64,000 bases of DNA from an uncultured Candidatus Saccharibacteria bacterium (GCA_964637185.1 CAZWVB010000001.1:68539-132538), one strand, 5' to 3'. Positions 1 to 9,520 are shown, counted from the stretch's first letter. Numbers and translations are program-made. The notes: generated by a model from the letters alone, not told the origin.

Positions 1-2
1 AA

Positions 3-1232
3 GCATCGGCCACCAGTGCCCAAAGTCAGTATGAGCAAATAGTAGCCTTGGTGCGTGAGGCGGCCTCGACCAAATCTCCATTGGTTAGACTGGCAGATGC
101 CTATGCGGTACCGTTTACAGCACTGACTTTTGGGATGGCGGCGATCGCCTGGGCGCTGTCCGGTGATCCAGTGCGTGCTCTAGCTGTGCTGGTGGTAGCA
201 ACACCTTGTCCGCTGCTGATAGCCACGCCAGTCGCAGTAGTTTCGGGTATGAGCCGCGCAGCTAGCCGCGGTATCATAGTCAAGAATGGTGCTTCACTGG
301 AGAAGTTGGCGGTATTGAGCGTGATGGCTTTTGATAAGACCGGTACTCTAACTGCGAATCAGCCCAAGGTAGACAAAGTGGTGCCGGCACAAGGCTATAC
401 CGTTTCCAAACTGCTGCAGTATGCAGCTTCGGTGGAGTCCAATAGTAGTCATGTGTTGGCCCAAGTGATAGTTGATTATGCCAAGGCGCATCGACACAAT
501 CTGCTCAAGTCGACTGAGGTTCACGAAGAGGTAGGCTTTGGTATGCGTGGCTCTGTGTCTGGCCATGATGTGCTGGTAGGCAAAGCAGCTCTGCTAGAAA
601 AAAAACATATCCAACTACCGGCCGATTCGCTGGATGGCAACACAGCAGTATTTGTAGCTATAGGCGGTAAGTATGCGGGCAGTATTAGTTTTGTAGATCC
701 ACTGAGATCTGAGACAGCCGACACGCTGACTCGTCTCAAAAACCTCGGCATCCGCAAACTTATCATGTTGACTGGTGATCGCAAAGCGGTAGCTCAAAAG
801 ATAGCACATCAGGCCGGTATCACCGACGTGCATGCCGAGGCCTTGCCAGCCGATAAGCTAGCCGTGTTGCACGCTCACAAAGATCGTGGTGAGCTGATAG
901 CTATGGTGGGTGATGGAGTCAACGATGCGCCGACTCTAGCGGCGGCAGATGTGGGCATCGCTCTGGGGGCCAAAGGCTCAACGGTGGCATCTGAATCGGC
1001 CGATGTTGTGATCATGCTAGATGATCTTAGCCGTGTCGCCGATGCTGTGGTGATAGCCAAGCGCGCCATTAAGATTGCCAAAGAAAGTATCTTGGTGGGC
1101 ATGGGTCTGAGCCTGGTACTGATGATTTTTGCGGCCTATGGTAAGATACCTCCACTATACGGCGCCATCTTGCAAGAAGTCGTCGATGTGCTGGTGATTC
1201 TCAATGCTTTGCGGGCCAGGCTGAGTGGTTAG
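3..1232 (+). CDS. Heavy-metal-translocating P1B-type ATPase (5' end outside window)
   Basis: TPCP transmembrane motif, DKTGTLT phosphorylation site, MLTGD and GDGVNDAP motifs; frame is open from position 3. Confidence 0.93.
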   Translation, partial: ASATSAQSQYEQIVALVREAASTKSPLVRLADAYAVPFTALTFGMAAIAWALSGDPVRALAVLVVATPCPLLIATPVAVVSGMSRAASRGIIVKNGASLEKLAVLSVMAFDKTGTLTANQPKVDKVVPAQGYTVSKLLQYAASVESNSSHVLAQVIVDYAKAHRHNLLKSTEVHEEVGFGMRGSVSGHDVLVGKAALLEKKHIQLPADSLDGNTAVFVAIGGKYAGSISFVDPLRSETADTLTRLKNLGIRKLIMLTGDRKAVAQKIAHQAGITDVHAEALPADKLAVLHAHKDRGELIAMVGDGVNDAPTLAAADVGIALGAKGSTVASESADVVIMLDDLSRVADAVVIAKRAIKIAKESILVGMGLSLVLMIFAAYGKIPPLYGAILQEVVDVLVILNALRARLSG

Positions 1233-1951
1233 AGTTTTAGTATTTTTGGCTTGGAGAGCAAGAATCCCTTGGAACCATTGTAGGCACGACGGCGTGGGAA
1301 AAGTGGTATCAGACCGCTGCCACTGAGTGGCACAAAGCTACGTGCATTGCGATCAACTGTCGTATCAAGTGGCAATTTGCCCAAACAGCGATATGACAAT
1401 AGCCGTGTGGACTTTGGTTTGCGGCCGATTGTCAATCCTCGGATTATTTTCTCCAATTCAGCCAGCCTTTGGGGATCTTTGGCGTACTCAGTGTTGTATT
1501 CAAGCGAAACTGCTGCCTGGTATTGACTAATCATAGAACCAAAACCCTGGGGGATGTACACCAACCTCTTTGCCTGGGTATGGGCAATAATTGCTTTGGA
1601 GCGCTTGGTGAGATTAACTACAATCGGCACTAGGCCATCAGTAGACTGGGCAGTATGAATGTCAACAATGTAGCTTGTTGGATCGATTAGTTTGATCAGC
1701 TCATACGCTATTCTTTGCTCGATATTACCAAACTGATCGCCAGGAAATGATCGGTTGAGATCGGATTCACAAAAGCGCTTGCGTGCTCTATGTGCCGGCT
1801 CGTTGGCTAGGATGATTGTAAGGCCTGCAAACTTATTGATTTGGCGTGCAAAGTGTTGATATACTCGGTAACCAAAAGTTTCGGTGCCGTGGACACAACC
1901 TACAATAGTTACCTTGTATTTAGACTGGTTTGGACTGTGTAAGATTCTCAT
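1229..1951 (-). CDS. M14-type Zn hydrolase, succinylglutamate desuccinylase/aspartoacylase family
   Basis: HGTE, DLNRSFPG, DIHT and SLEY motifs; start moved to ATG 1951 because the ORF-track extension runs through structured RNA. Confidence 0.8.
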   Translation of the reverse strand: MRILHSPNQSKYKVTIVGCVHGTETFGYRVYQHFARQINKFAGLTIILANEPAHRARKRFCESDLNRSFPGDQFGNIEQRIAYELIKLIDPTSYIVDIHTAQSTDGLVPIVVNLTKRSKAIIAHTQAKRLVYIPQGFGSMISQYQAAVSLEYNTEYAKDPQRLAELEKIIRGLTIGRKPKSTRLLSYRCLGKLPLDTTVDRNARSFVPLSGSGLIPLFPRRRAYNGSKGFLLSKPKILKL

Positions 1952-1973
1952 TGTCTCGCTAGTTATTTTTTTG

Positions 1974-2160
1974 TGGGTGGCCCCGGGGAGGTTAATCCCC
2001 GAGGCCAGGTTCCAAGTATAGCCTTGGAGGGCTGTGCATTTTTCCTCGCACTTAGGATTCATCGGCTATATGGAGCCGTACCCGTGGTTCTCACCACTCG
2101 TCGCCGAAGCGCATGAGCTTCTCCTTTTTGTAGGTCCACCGAAGGGTGGAGGCTAATGGG
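1974..2160 (-). ncRNA. Structured RNA segment between the T-box terminator and the M14 gene (unassigned)
   Basis: Consecutive hairpins with minus-strand cUUCGg and GAGA tetraloops; terminal 12-bp hairpin followed by CCCA. Confidence 0.45.
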
Positions 2161-2163
2161 ATC

Positions 2164-2460
2164 AAAAAAATCCCATCCTCGATACAGATGCAAATCATCT
2201 GTAGCAAGGACGGGATTCAACAATTCCGTGGTACCACCTTGTTTGTCTATTACCCCCAAATAATGGGTACGAAAAAAGACCACTTCGCTGACTCAGACTC
2301 CACCGACCGGTGGACGACAACAGCTAGTCTATGGTTACGGAGACTACCGAGCTATCACTTGTGCAATAGCCACCCTTTCACTAGCGTGAAGATTTGGCCC
2401 CAACCCTGCTGTCATGCGCCGAGGCGTACCGCAGGAACCAAATTTGGGTTTTGTTATTTA
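2164..2460 (-). promoter_or_regulatory. T-box riboswitch-like leader (stem III, antiterminator, terminator)
   Basis: Minus strand reads CAAGG-TGGTACC-ACGG..CCGT-CCTTG (2241-2205), overlapped by a long terminator hairpin with a U-tract (2216-2164); stem I and specifier not identified. Confidence 0.75.
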
Positions 2461-2476
2461 CAAAGAACTATCGCTA

Positions 2477-2504
2477 AGTCTAGCACAACCAAGTTGGTTG
2501 TCAA
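2477..2504 (-). promoter_or_regulatory. Sigma70 promoter for the T-box leader
   Basis: TTGACA-16nt-TAGACT with extended TG; boxA-like GTTCTTTGTAAA just downstream (2468-2457). Confidence 0.6.
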
Positions 2505-2565
2505 TAGCGACCGACTGATATTTTTGTAGATTTACCAATACTCACAGCTAGGTTACAATTGTGTT

Positions 2566-3969
2566 ATGAATCAAATCTCATATTTTCTGAACAACAACAG
2601 TGCAAGCAAGAAAATCACACAGCGTAGTCAGGATTTTCCACAATGGTATCAAGATATTATTGAGGCAGCTGATTTAGCCGAGCACGGCCCTGCCAAGGGT
2701 AGCATGATTATTAAGCCCTATGGCTACGACGTTTGGGAACGCATTCAAGAGGAGCTTGGCAGTAGGATCGCCGCAGCCGGCGTACCCAATATGTATTTTC
2801 CAATATTTATACCCGAAAACCTGCTTCATCGTGAAGCCAAACATGTCGAGGGCTTTTCGCCCGAGGTGGCCGTGGTTACTCATGCTGGTGGCAAAAAGCT
2901 TGATGAACCACTAGTTGTGCGTCCGACGTCAGAAACTATCATGTACGAGAGTTTTAGCAAATGGGTGAACAGCTACCGTGATCTGCCCCTGAAAATCAAC
3001 CAATGGGCCAATGTTGTGCGTTGGGAAATGCGACCACGACTATTCTTGCGTAGCTCAGAATTTTTGTGGCAAGAAGGTCACACGGCTCATGCTACTGTCG
3101 AAGAGGCCGATCAATATGCTCGCGAGATGCTGGCTATGTATCAAGATGTGGCCGAAAACGTCATGGCCATAGCACCAATTGCCGGTGAGAAGAGCGCGGC
3201 GGAGCGTTTTGCCGGCGCCCAAGCCACTTATACTCTCGAAGCGATGATGCAAGATGGTAAAGCGCTGCAATTTGCTACTTCACACAACCTAGGCGATAAT
3301 TTTTCCAAAGCATTTGATGTGCAATACAGTGCCGAAGATGGTAGCCACAAATACGTCGGACAAACTAGCTGGGGTATGAGCACCCGCACTATCGGGGGGC
3401 TGATCATGAGCCATAGTGATGACAAAGGTCTGGTATTACCGCCAAAATTGGCACCAATCCAAGTAGTAATATTGCCAGTCCGTGCAGAGAAAGAAGTAAT
3501 TCAAGCAGCTCACAAACTGGCTGAATCACTGGATGGCGTGCGAGTCTATGTAGATGAGCGCGATGCTCGCATTGGTGAAAAGCACTTTGCTTGGGAGAAG
3601 CGCGGTGTGCCGATCCGACTCGAAATAGGCCCACGCGACATCGAAAACAAACAGGTAATAATGGTAGCCCGCAACGATGAGGCCAAGCAACCAGTGTCAT
3701 TTGACCAGCTTGGCTCCTCCATATCCAATCACCTGGCTCTGCTTCAAGATGAGCTTTTCAAAACGTCCAAGGCTTGCTTAGTTGAGAATACCGTAGAAAC
3801 TAGTGATGAGCAGGCTGCCATCAAAGCGATCGAACAAGGCAAGTTTGCCAAAGTCGACTTTGCAATTGATTCAGCCAAAGAAGCTGAGCTCAAAGCCAAA
3901 CACGCTATCACTGTGCGGTGCTATACATTTGAAGATGCTGGCAAAACTATTCTTGCCAAGGCTTACTGA
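2566..3969 (+). CDS. proS: Prolyl-tRNA synthetase, archaeal/eukaryote-like type
   Basis: RPTSET, QWANVVRWE, FLWQEGHT, SWGMSTR and C-terminal AKAY. Confidence 0.96.
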   Translation: MNQISYFLNNNSASKKITQRSQDFPQWYQDIIEAADLAEHGPAKGSMIIKPYGYDVWERIQEELGSRIAAAGVPNMYFPIFIPENLLHREAKHVEGFSPEVAVVTHAGGKKLDEPLVVRPTSETIMYESFSKWVNSYRDLPLKINQWANVVRWEMRPRLFLRSSEFLWQEGHTAHATVEEADQYAREMLAMYQDVAENVMAIAPIAGEKSAAERFAGAQATYTLEAMMQDGKALQFATSHNLGDNFSKAFDVQYSAEDGSHKYVGQTSWGMSTRTIGGLIMSHSDDKGLVLPPKLAPIQVVILPVRAEKEVIQAAHKLAESLDGVRVYVDERDARIGEKHFAWEKRGVPIRLEIGPRDIENKQVIMVARNDEAKQPVSFDQLGSSISNHLALLQDELFKTSKACLVENTVETSDEQAAIKAIEQGKFAKVDFAIDSAKEAELKAKHAITVRCYTFEDAGKTILAKAY

Positions 3970-4214
3970 TGTCAAAGCCTGAGCTCAAACTAGGCGTCTA
4001 TCAACACTACAGCGGCAAGCGCTATTTGGTAATCGCTGAGGCTAAGCACAGCGAAACTCTTGAGCCGCTGGTAGTCTACGTGAGTCTATACGACAACCCC
4101 GAGAGCCAGGCCTGGGTACGTCCCAAGACGATGTTCTTGGAGACCGTTGTGCGAGATGGAAAGAAGCAGCCTAGGTTTAAATATCTAGGCAGTCACTTGC
4201 AATCTACCAAGTAG
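3969..4214 (+). CDS. DUF1653 family protein
   Basis: GVYQHYSG..Y..A.HSET.E.LVVY..LY..WVRP..MF..RF pattern. Confidence 0.85.
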   Translation: MSKPELKLGVYQHYSGKRYLVIAEAKHSETLEPLVVYVSLYDNPESQAWVRPKTMFLETVVRDGKKQPRFKYLGSHLQSTK

Positions 4215-4260
4215 AATCGCATAATAACAGTTAAGCATAACAATTATATAAGGAGCAGAT

Positions 4261-4680
4261 ATGTTTAACTTCGTTATTACAAACTGGATGGGGCTGGTCG
4301 TAGCGGTAATTGCTGCCATGGCTATCGGTGCTGTCTGGTACAGCAAAATATTGTTTGGCAAGCAGTGGATGGAATACGCTAAGATCAAAGAAAAGGATAT
4401 GAAAGGTGCGAGTGCGGCTAAAGCCTATGCCATCATGGTGGTAGTGTCAGCCGTGTCAGCAATTGTATTGATGCGATTTTTGGTGATCGCCAATCCACAG
4501 GACATTGGTCAGGCACTCAAGGTGGGTGGCTGGCTGTGGCTTGGTTTTGTAGCACCATTTGTCATCAGTGCTACGGCATTCGAAAAACGACCTTGGGGGC
4601 TCGCTGTGATCTATCTCGGCAACCAGCTGGTTACTATCTTGGCAATGACGGCCATCTTGTACTATATCAACCTAGCCTAG
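4261..4680 (+). CDS. DUF1761-like 4-TM membrane protein
   Basis: GAVWYS..LFGKQWM motif, four hydrophobic helices, AAGGAG SD. Confidence 0.8.
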   Translation: MFNFVITNWMGLVVAVIAAMAIGAVWYSKILFGKQWMEYAKIKEKDMKGASAAKAYAIMVVVSAVSAIVLMRFLVIANPQDIGQALKVGGWLWLGFVAPFVISATAFEKRPWGLAVIYLGNQLVTILAMTAILYYINLA

Positions 4681-4738
4681 CAGTTTAAGTTTTGCCCACT
4701 ACCCATTTTTGTGACTGATTTTGGGTTATTATGATGTT

Positions 4739-5002
4739 ATGACTAACTTCGCTATTGATGTATATGAAGTGGTACGGAATATCCCACGCGGCAAGACTAT
4801 GACTTACAGTGAGGTGGCTCAATCAGCGGGATACCCAGGTGCTGCTAGGGCGGTCGGTACTGCACTAAGCAAGAATTTTGATCCGGAGGTGCCTTGTCAC
4901 AGGGTGGTAAGATCCGATGGCAGACCTGGTCGCTACAACAGAGGCGATGCGCACAAGATTGAGTTATTGCGCCAAGAGGGCGCTATTGTAGTATCTGCTT
5001 GA
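4739..5002 (+). CDS. Methylated-DNA-protein-cysteine methyltransferase (MGMT/Ogt DNA-binding domain only)
   Basis: IPRGKTMTYSEVA, ARAVG, VPCHRVV and LLRQEG motifs. Confidence 0.88.
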   Translation: MTNFAIDVYEVVRNIPRGKTMTYSEVAQSAGYPGAARAVGTALSKNFDPEVPCHRVVRSDGRPGRYNRGDAHKIELLRQEGAIVVSA

Positions 5003-5360
5003 TAGTGCCCACTACCTTCTCAGCAAAGCTGTCTAGGTCTGAGTACGACTTGCGCACGGCATGAGTTACGCCATAATCCATTGCCAGCTGATTGTAGGCC
5101 TCGGTATTGGAGATAGCTACTATTTTGTCTGGCCCAAACTTGTCAAAATCAAGTACATGGAAGTAGCCATCGGGCGCAATGTAGTCTAGCAATATGGCGT
5201 CCCAACTATCAGCCGGCATAGGGTTGATCTGCGATGCCACATCGGCGGCTGTTGATATGATCGTGGTATGGGCATCAGGCCACACCTTGGTGATGTGTGA
5301 TTGTAGTGCTGAGATTGCACTGGTGTTGTCTTCGAGTATCAGTATATGAGGCTCTTTCAT
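4983..5360 (-). CDS. Single-domain response regulator receiver (CheY-like)
   Basis: ILILED acidic pocket, ILLD phosphoacceptor, IVAIS and late Lys. Confidence 0.75.
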   Translation of the reverse strand: MKEPHILILEDNTSAISALQSHITKVWPDAHTTIISTAADVASQINPMPADSWDAILLDYIAPDGYFHVLDFDKFGPDKIVAISNTEAYNQLAMDYGVTHAVRKSYSDLDSFAEKVVGTIKQILQ

Positions 5361-5496
5361 AACATAATTATAGAACAGATTAGCAAAACACTTTGTACTA
5401 AAAATGTCAAAAATACTACGCTTTTTATGTCACTTATGCTTTCATGCAATAGTATAATAATTCATGGAAACTTTACAGAAGGGAGGTGAGGCAACG

Positions 5497-5661
5497 ATGA
5501 AGCGCAAGGCACTACGTCGATTTCGCCGTGTGGGCCGCAATTTGCTGCATGATCGCCAAGTAGTCGAGGACATACTCGATGAGATGGCTACCAAGTGGGC
5601 AATACGTGCGGAACGCATGCAAACCAAGGCTTTCAAAAAGCTGCACCCTAAAAATCAATAG
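5497..5661 (+). CDS. Small basic hypothetical protein
   Basis: GGAGGTGA SD upstream of ATG 5497, TATAAT upstream and a hairpin downstream. Confidence 0.55.
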   Translation: MKRKALRRFRRVGRNLLHDRQVVEDILDEMATKWAIRAERMQTKAFKKLHPKNQ

Positions 5662-5916
5662 GCAAATATCAATTAACACCGAGGGAAGCGTCGTGTTGTA
5701 CGAGATAAAAGTCTAGCAAGCGGCCGGTTTGTTTGAATGCGCAAAAAATTCAGACCGCCCGCTTGTGGTTTTTATCTCAAAATTGATAAGGCCGTGTTTT
5801 AGCGCGGTAATTTTTGGTTAGAAAGAACTTATTCTTGTGTGATTATTTGTTTTGTTGCAAACTAGTGGCAGTTCGCAATTCTGCAACTATCCGAACCTCG
5901 ACATCTGGGAGGAACT

Positions 5917-6363
5917 GTGCGGTTCTACATCGCAGGAAAAGCCCGCGGCGGTGAGGCCACCCTCACCGACATCAAGATCAAGCTCGAGTCCAAAGGGCAT
6001 CGTTGTCTGTACGATTGGGCCGGAGGCGGAGTGCGAAAGCCTTACCTGGACCATCGCAATACCAACCTCGAGCCCGCCACCATGATGCACTACGCAGCCA
6101 CGCACTGTCAGGCTTTCATCTTGGTCTGGCATCCGTCGCTGCTCGGTGCCTTGATCGAGCTCGGCATGGCCTTCGGCAATATCGGCAATGACGAGCTAGC
6201 TAGTGGCAAGACCAATCGTCGAGTGTATGTACTCGAAGACCCAAGCGAGCCACTGCGTCAATCCATCTTCTACGTCTTCCCGATCGTACGCATCTGCCAC
6301 GACGACGAGGACTTGTATGCGGCGGTCGAAGCAGATTTCCCGCCGGAGGACGGCCATGGCTGA
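5917..6363 (+). CDS. Nucleoside 2-deoxyribosyltransferase-like protein (GC-rich)
   Basis: FYIAG start and GALIELGMAF catalytic-Glu motif; GGAGG SD. Confidence 0.65.
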   Translation: MRFYIAGKARGGEATLTDIKIKLESKGHRCLYDWAGGGVRKPYLDHRNTNLEPATMMHYAATHCQAFILVWHPSLLGALIELGMAFGNIGNDELASGKTNRRVYVLEDPSEPLRQSIFYVFPIVRICHDDEDLYAAVEADFPPEDGHG

Positions 6364-6661
6364 GCCGGAGATAGCCTATCGCCACACTGTGTTGTTTGTG
6401 ATCCATGGCAGTGTCAGCGATGTGAGCTATCAACAAGCATTGCTTCTTCTACAGGAGCTGGGTCAAGGTAATCCTGACATCTTGGAGTGGGAGATTGCCC
6501 CATCCCTCGATCGGCGCAAGGGTCGGGTCATCGGTGAGCAAGCGGTGTTTCGCAACTGGGACGCCTATCAGCGTTTCCGCGAGTCGGCCAAGCATGTCGA
6601 TGTTGGCAACTTCATGAGCTGTATATCCGACTGGTTAGTCTGGGATCGCCTCGACGAGTAG
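6356..6661 (+). CDS. Dabb (stress-responsive A/B barrel) protein (GC-rich)
   Basis: YRHTVLF..F.NWDAYQRF.ES.KH pattern; start overlaps the previous gene's end. Confidence 0.7.
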   Translation: MAEPEIAYRHTVLFVIHGSVSDVSYQQALLLLQELGQGNPDILEWEIAPSLDRRKGRVIGEQAVFRNWDAYQRFRESAKHVDVGNFMSCISDWLVWDRLDE

Positions 6662-6679
6662 TCAACAAACAAGTTCAAC

Positions 6680-6709
6680 AACCCCTGGCGGGGCTCCCTG
6701 CCGGGGGTT
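6680..6709 (+). terminator. GC-rich 3' hairpin
   Basis: aacccctggcggg/cctgccgggggtt inverted repeat. Confidence 0.6.
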
Positions 6710-6747
6710 CCGTCGTTTTTACTTACAGATTTTGGTACAATTGCTCC

Positions 6748-7548
6748 ATGATTAACCTATTTTCCTGGAACGTAAACGGCATTCGCGCCGTTATCAAAAA
6801 AGGTGAATTCCAAAAGTTCATAAAGAAATACAGCCCAGACATACTTTGCCTGCAAGAGACTAAGGCACAGCGAGATCAAGTCGAGATCGAGCTACCTGGC
6901 TATCACGAAGCTTGGAATTCGGCTGTAAAGAAGGGATACAGTGGTACTGCAATTTTCTCCAAGGTTGAGCCAATCCAGGTGGTAAATGGTTTTCCCGATG
7001 CGATTGCTAAGAAATACAACCTAACTGATCATGCCGATCGTGATAGCAGTACCGAGGGTCGGGTAATTGCGGCCGAATTTGACAAGTTTTGGGTAGTAAC
7101 AGTTTATACGCCCAACGCCAAAGACGATCTTAGCCGCATACCACTGCGGCATGAGCACTGGGATCCGGCCTTTTTGGAATATTGCAAAAGCCTGGAAAAG
7201 ACCAAGCCAGTACTGTTCTGTGGGGACTTAAATGTGGCCCACACCGAAGACGATCTAGCTCGACCTAAGCCAAATGTCGGTAAAAAGGGATTTACTGCGG
7301 AGGAGCGCGAAGGTTTTGATAACTTTATTGATGCTGGATTTGTCGATACATTTCGCATCTTCACCCAGGGCAATGGTCACTACAGCTGGTGGACGCACTG
7401 GGCCAATGCGCGGGCTAACAACGTGGGTTGGCGCATAGATTACTGGCTAGCCAGTAAATCACTGGTGCCCAAGATCAAAAAGGCTGAGATCCATGCTGAA
7501 CAGATGGGCAGTGATCACTGTCCAGTGTCAGTAACACTCGAAATGTAA
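6748..7548 (+). CDS. xth: Exodeoxyribonuclease III
   Basis: SWNVNG, LQETK, GDLNVAH, GWRIDY and SDHCP motifs. Confidence 0.96.
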   Translation: MINLFSWNVNGIRAVIKKGEFQKFIKKYSPDILCLQETKAQRDQVEIELPGYHEAWNSAVKKGYSGTAIFSKVEPIQVVNGFPDAIAKKYNLTDHADRDSSTEGRVIAAEFDKFWVVTVYTPNAKDDLSRIPLRHEHWDPAFLEYCKSLEKTKPVLFCGDLNVAHTEDDLARPKPNVGKKGFTAEEREGFDNFIDAGFVDTFRIFTQGNGHYSWWTHWANARANNVGWRIDYWLASKSLVPKIKKAEIHAEQMGSDHCPVSVTLEM

Positions 7549-7890
7549 AACAATCATCTAGATCCCAGGCGAGAGTTTTTTTACTGTTTATTTTTTTGTG
7601 GCGTAACGAGACTTCTTAATAAACATACTTCAAACAGGAGCGTTCGTAATCATGCCTGACAAAATCTATTTAAGTTTAGCTTCTACTTCGACATGGGTCA
7701 CAACATTACGTGTAGCAGGCTCAATATTTTTGAGATCTAGCTTATTAACTTGTTGCTGGTTTATATAGACAAAATGCAAATACGTACGGTAAAAATCACT
7801 TATGGATGAGCTAACGACCTTGATATTACTGATTAACAATCTATAATAAGTACAAACATAACAGCATTAGTAATAAAGGTAAGCAAACCG

Positions 7891-8298
7891 ATAGCTACAA
7901 AATCCAAGAACAGAACAAATACTGCCAAATCGAGTCAACCTAGACAATTTAGATATCGTTGGTGGATGGCACTTATTTTGGTCGTGGTGGTTGCAGTTAT
8001 TGGTATCGTCATCGTACGCTTTGGTCAAGCCTCTAGAGCGTACACAAATGCTTACCCTGATACTGTCAATGGATTTACCTCGATGGCGGGTGGGATAACA
8101 ATACTTAACCTTCGTTCTAGTGGCAATTGGGTACAGTCAAGCGACGTACCATATACGAGATGGTTTCCAAATACACATGTAAAACAAACTTGCGCAGACA
8201 TAGTTGCTAAAGATTCTAAAAGACCATTCGCTGTAGGTACGCAGGTCGAAGTAAGAGAGTATGCCCCGACAGGTGGCGATCTTACTTGGTGCCCATAG
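7891..8298 (+). CDS. Exported protein of the shared-leader family; ATA start, possibly decaying
   Basis: In-frame K/T-rich leader from ATA 7891 then WW-hydrophobic-RFGQAS, matching the 19.5-22.9 kb family. Confidence 0.6.
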   Translation: MATKSKNRTNTAKSSQPRQFRYRWWMALILVVVVAVIGIVIVRFGQASRAYTNAYPDTVNGFTSMAGGITILNLRSSGNWVQSSDVPYTRWFPNTHVKQTCADIVAKDSKRPFAVGTQVEVREYAPTGGDLTWCP

Positions 8299-8382
8299 GG
8301 TAGACTAGATATTAAGTCTGATGTAATCAAAGTATAAAAAAACGAGGAAAAAATATGTTCCTACTATACCTATCGTAGCTAC

Positions 8383-8490
8383 TATTGGCTAGCTAGTAAA
8401 TCATTGCTGCCCAAGATCAAGAAGGCAGAGATTATTGTTGATCAGATGGGCAGTGATCACTGTCCAGTGAGTGTGACTATAGATCTCTAA
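8383..8490 (+). pseudogene. Orphan second copy of the xth 3' end (35 codons)
   Basis: YWLASKSLLPKIKKAEIIVDQMGSDHCPVSVTIDL* is collinear with 7441-7548. Confidence 0.9.
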
Positions 8491-9461
8491 CTTGGCTGTA
8501 GCTTGAACGCTAGGTATTTGCGGTGAATACCGCCGCCTTTCCAGGTAAATGCTTCTGTGGTGTAGTGGATAAGTGTGAGAACCACGGCAGCTGGCACAGC
8601 GTATTCTGGCGGCAGTGTGACTATAAGGAATGCTAGACCAACCGACACTACCAGACAAACTAGCCAAATAGGTAGGCTAAGCCGATTGGTGAGTTTGTAC
8701 ACGAGCTGATGTGCCTGTGCCTTGTTACGATTTGTATCATGGTCGATATAGAAAGTATAAGCAGTAAAATCATGTACAAGGCGAGGTAATAGAATTGCGA
8801 AGAATGGAAAACCAGTCGCAAATGCCAATGTAGTGCCTAGCACCAGTGCAGTGTTGGCTCCCAGATAGTATTTTCCAAGCTTGGATTCGAGTTTGGTAGT
8901 AAGTATCACGGCTAGAACAATACTAACCACACCACCAAGCATTATTAGGCTGTAGAGTACTCGGGGATTGAGCCAACTAGGCATGCCGGCGATAAATCCA
9001 ATACTTGCCGCTACTAGAAGTGAGGTAGTCAAGAATACCCAGCCCCAGGCATCGTACAGTTTTGATGGTTGTCGGTTGAGCATCTTACCTACACCAATCT
9101 GTTGTTTACCTACATGGTAGATGGTCCAGGCGTAGAAGAATGCATAAAATCCTCCTATGCCGGTGCTCAGAAGAATAACAGCGATTAATCCGGCTACGAT
9201 AGTGCCATGTATGATAAGCTTCTTGTGATAAAACCGTAAGTACTCTGGGTCGAGTAAGATCATACTACTAGCAACAATGTGAGGCTTTTCAAATATTATA
9301 CTGAGTATGAATACCTGTTGTGGTGACTGTGGTAGTTGTTGTTGGAGATTTAGGTGGAGCAAGTAGTTTGCTGCCAATATTAGTAAAAAAACAGGTACTA
9401 CTAGGTAGGGTAAGAACAGCACTTTTGGGGTGATTTGGAGTTTTGCTGAAACTGCTGGCAT
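8487..9461 (-). CDS. Polytopic membrane protein of unknown function
   Basis: About 10 hydrophobic segments with His motifs (PHI, YHVGKQQ, VHD, HY); TACAAT 6 nt before ATG. Confidence 0.75.
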   Translation of the reverse strand: MPAVSAKLQITPKVLFLPYLVVPVFLLILAANYLLHLNLQQQLPQSPQQVFILSIIFEKPHIVASSMILLDPEYLRFYHKKLIIHGTIVAGLIAVILLSTGIGGFYAFFYAWTIYHVGKQQIGVGKMLNRQPSKLYDAWGWVFLTTSLLVAASIGFIAGMPSWLNPRVLYSLIMLGGVVSIVLAVILTTKLESKLGKYYLGANTALVLGTTLAFATGFPFFAILLPRLVHDFTAYTFYIDHDTNRNKAQAHQLVYKLTNRLSLPIWLVCLVVSVGLAFLIVTLPPEYAVPAAVVLTLIHYTTEAFTWKGGGIHRKYLAFKLQPS

Positions 9462-9520
9462 TTCTACATTGTAGCAGGACTTGAAAAACTTCGGTATTTC
9501 AGATATAATCTACTACCATT

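Noticed and set aside
1974-2460. RNase P, tmRNA, SRP or group I/II intron
   Set aside because: No GAGGAAAGTCC, no Ala-type acceptor with TTCGA arm, no SRP loop and no complete intron core motifs on either strand
2059-2529. ORFs 2146-2529 (+), 2059-2283 (-) and the extension of the M14 gene to 2062
   Set aside because: They overlap dense RNA structure and have no protein motifs
2205-2565. T-box controlling proS
   Set aside because: The antiterminator and terminator form only on the minus strand, and proS looks leaderless
7660-7865. Start-less open frame of about 65 codons on the minus strand inside the xth insertion
   Set aside because: No ATG and no recognisable motif; it may be a gene remnant but I cannot support it
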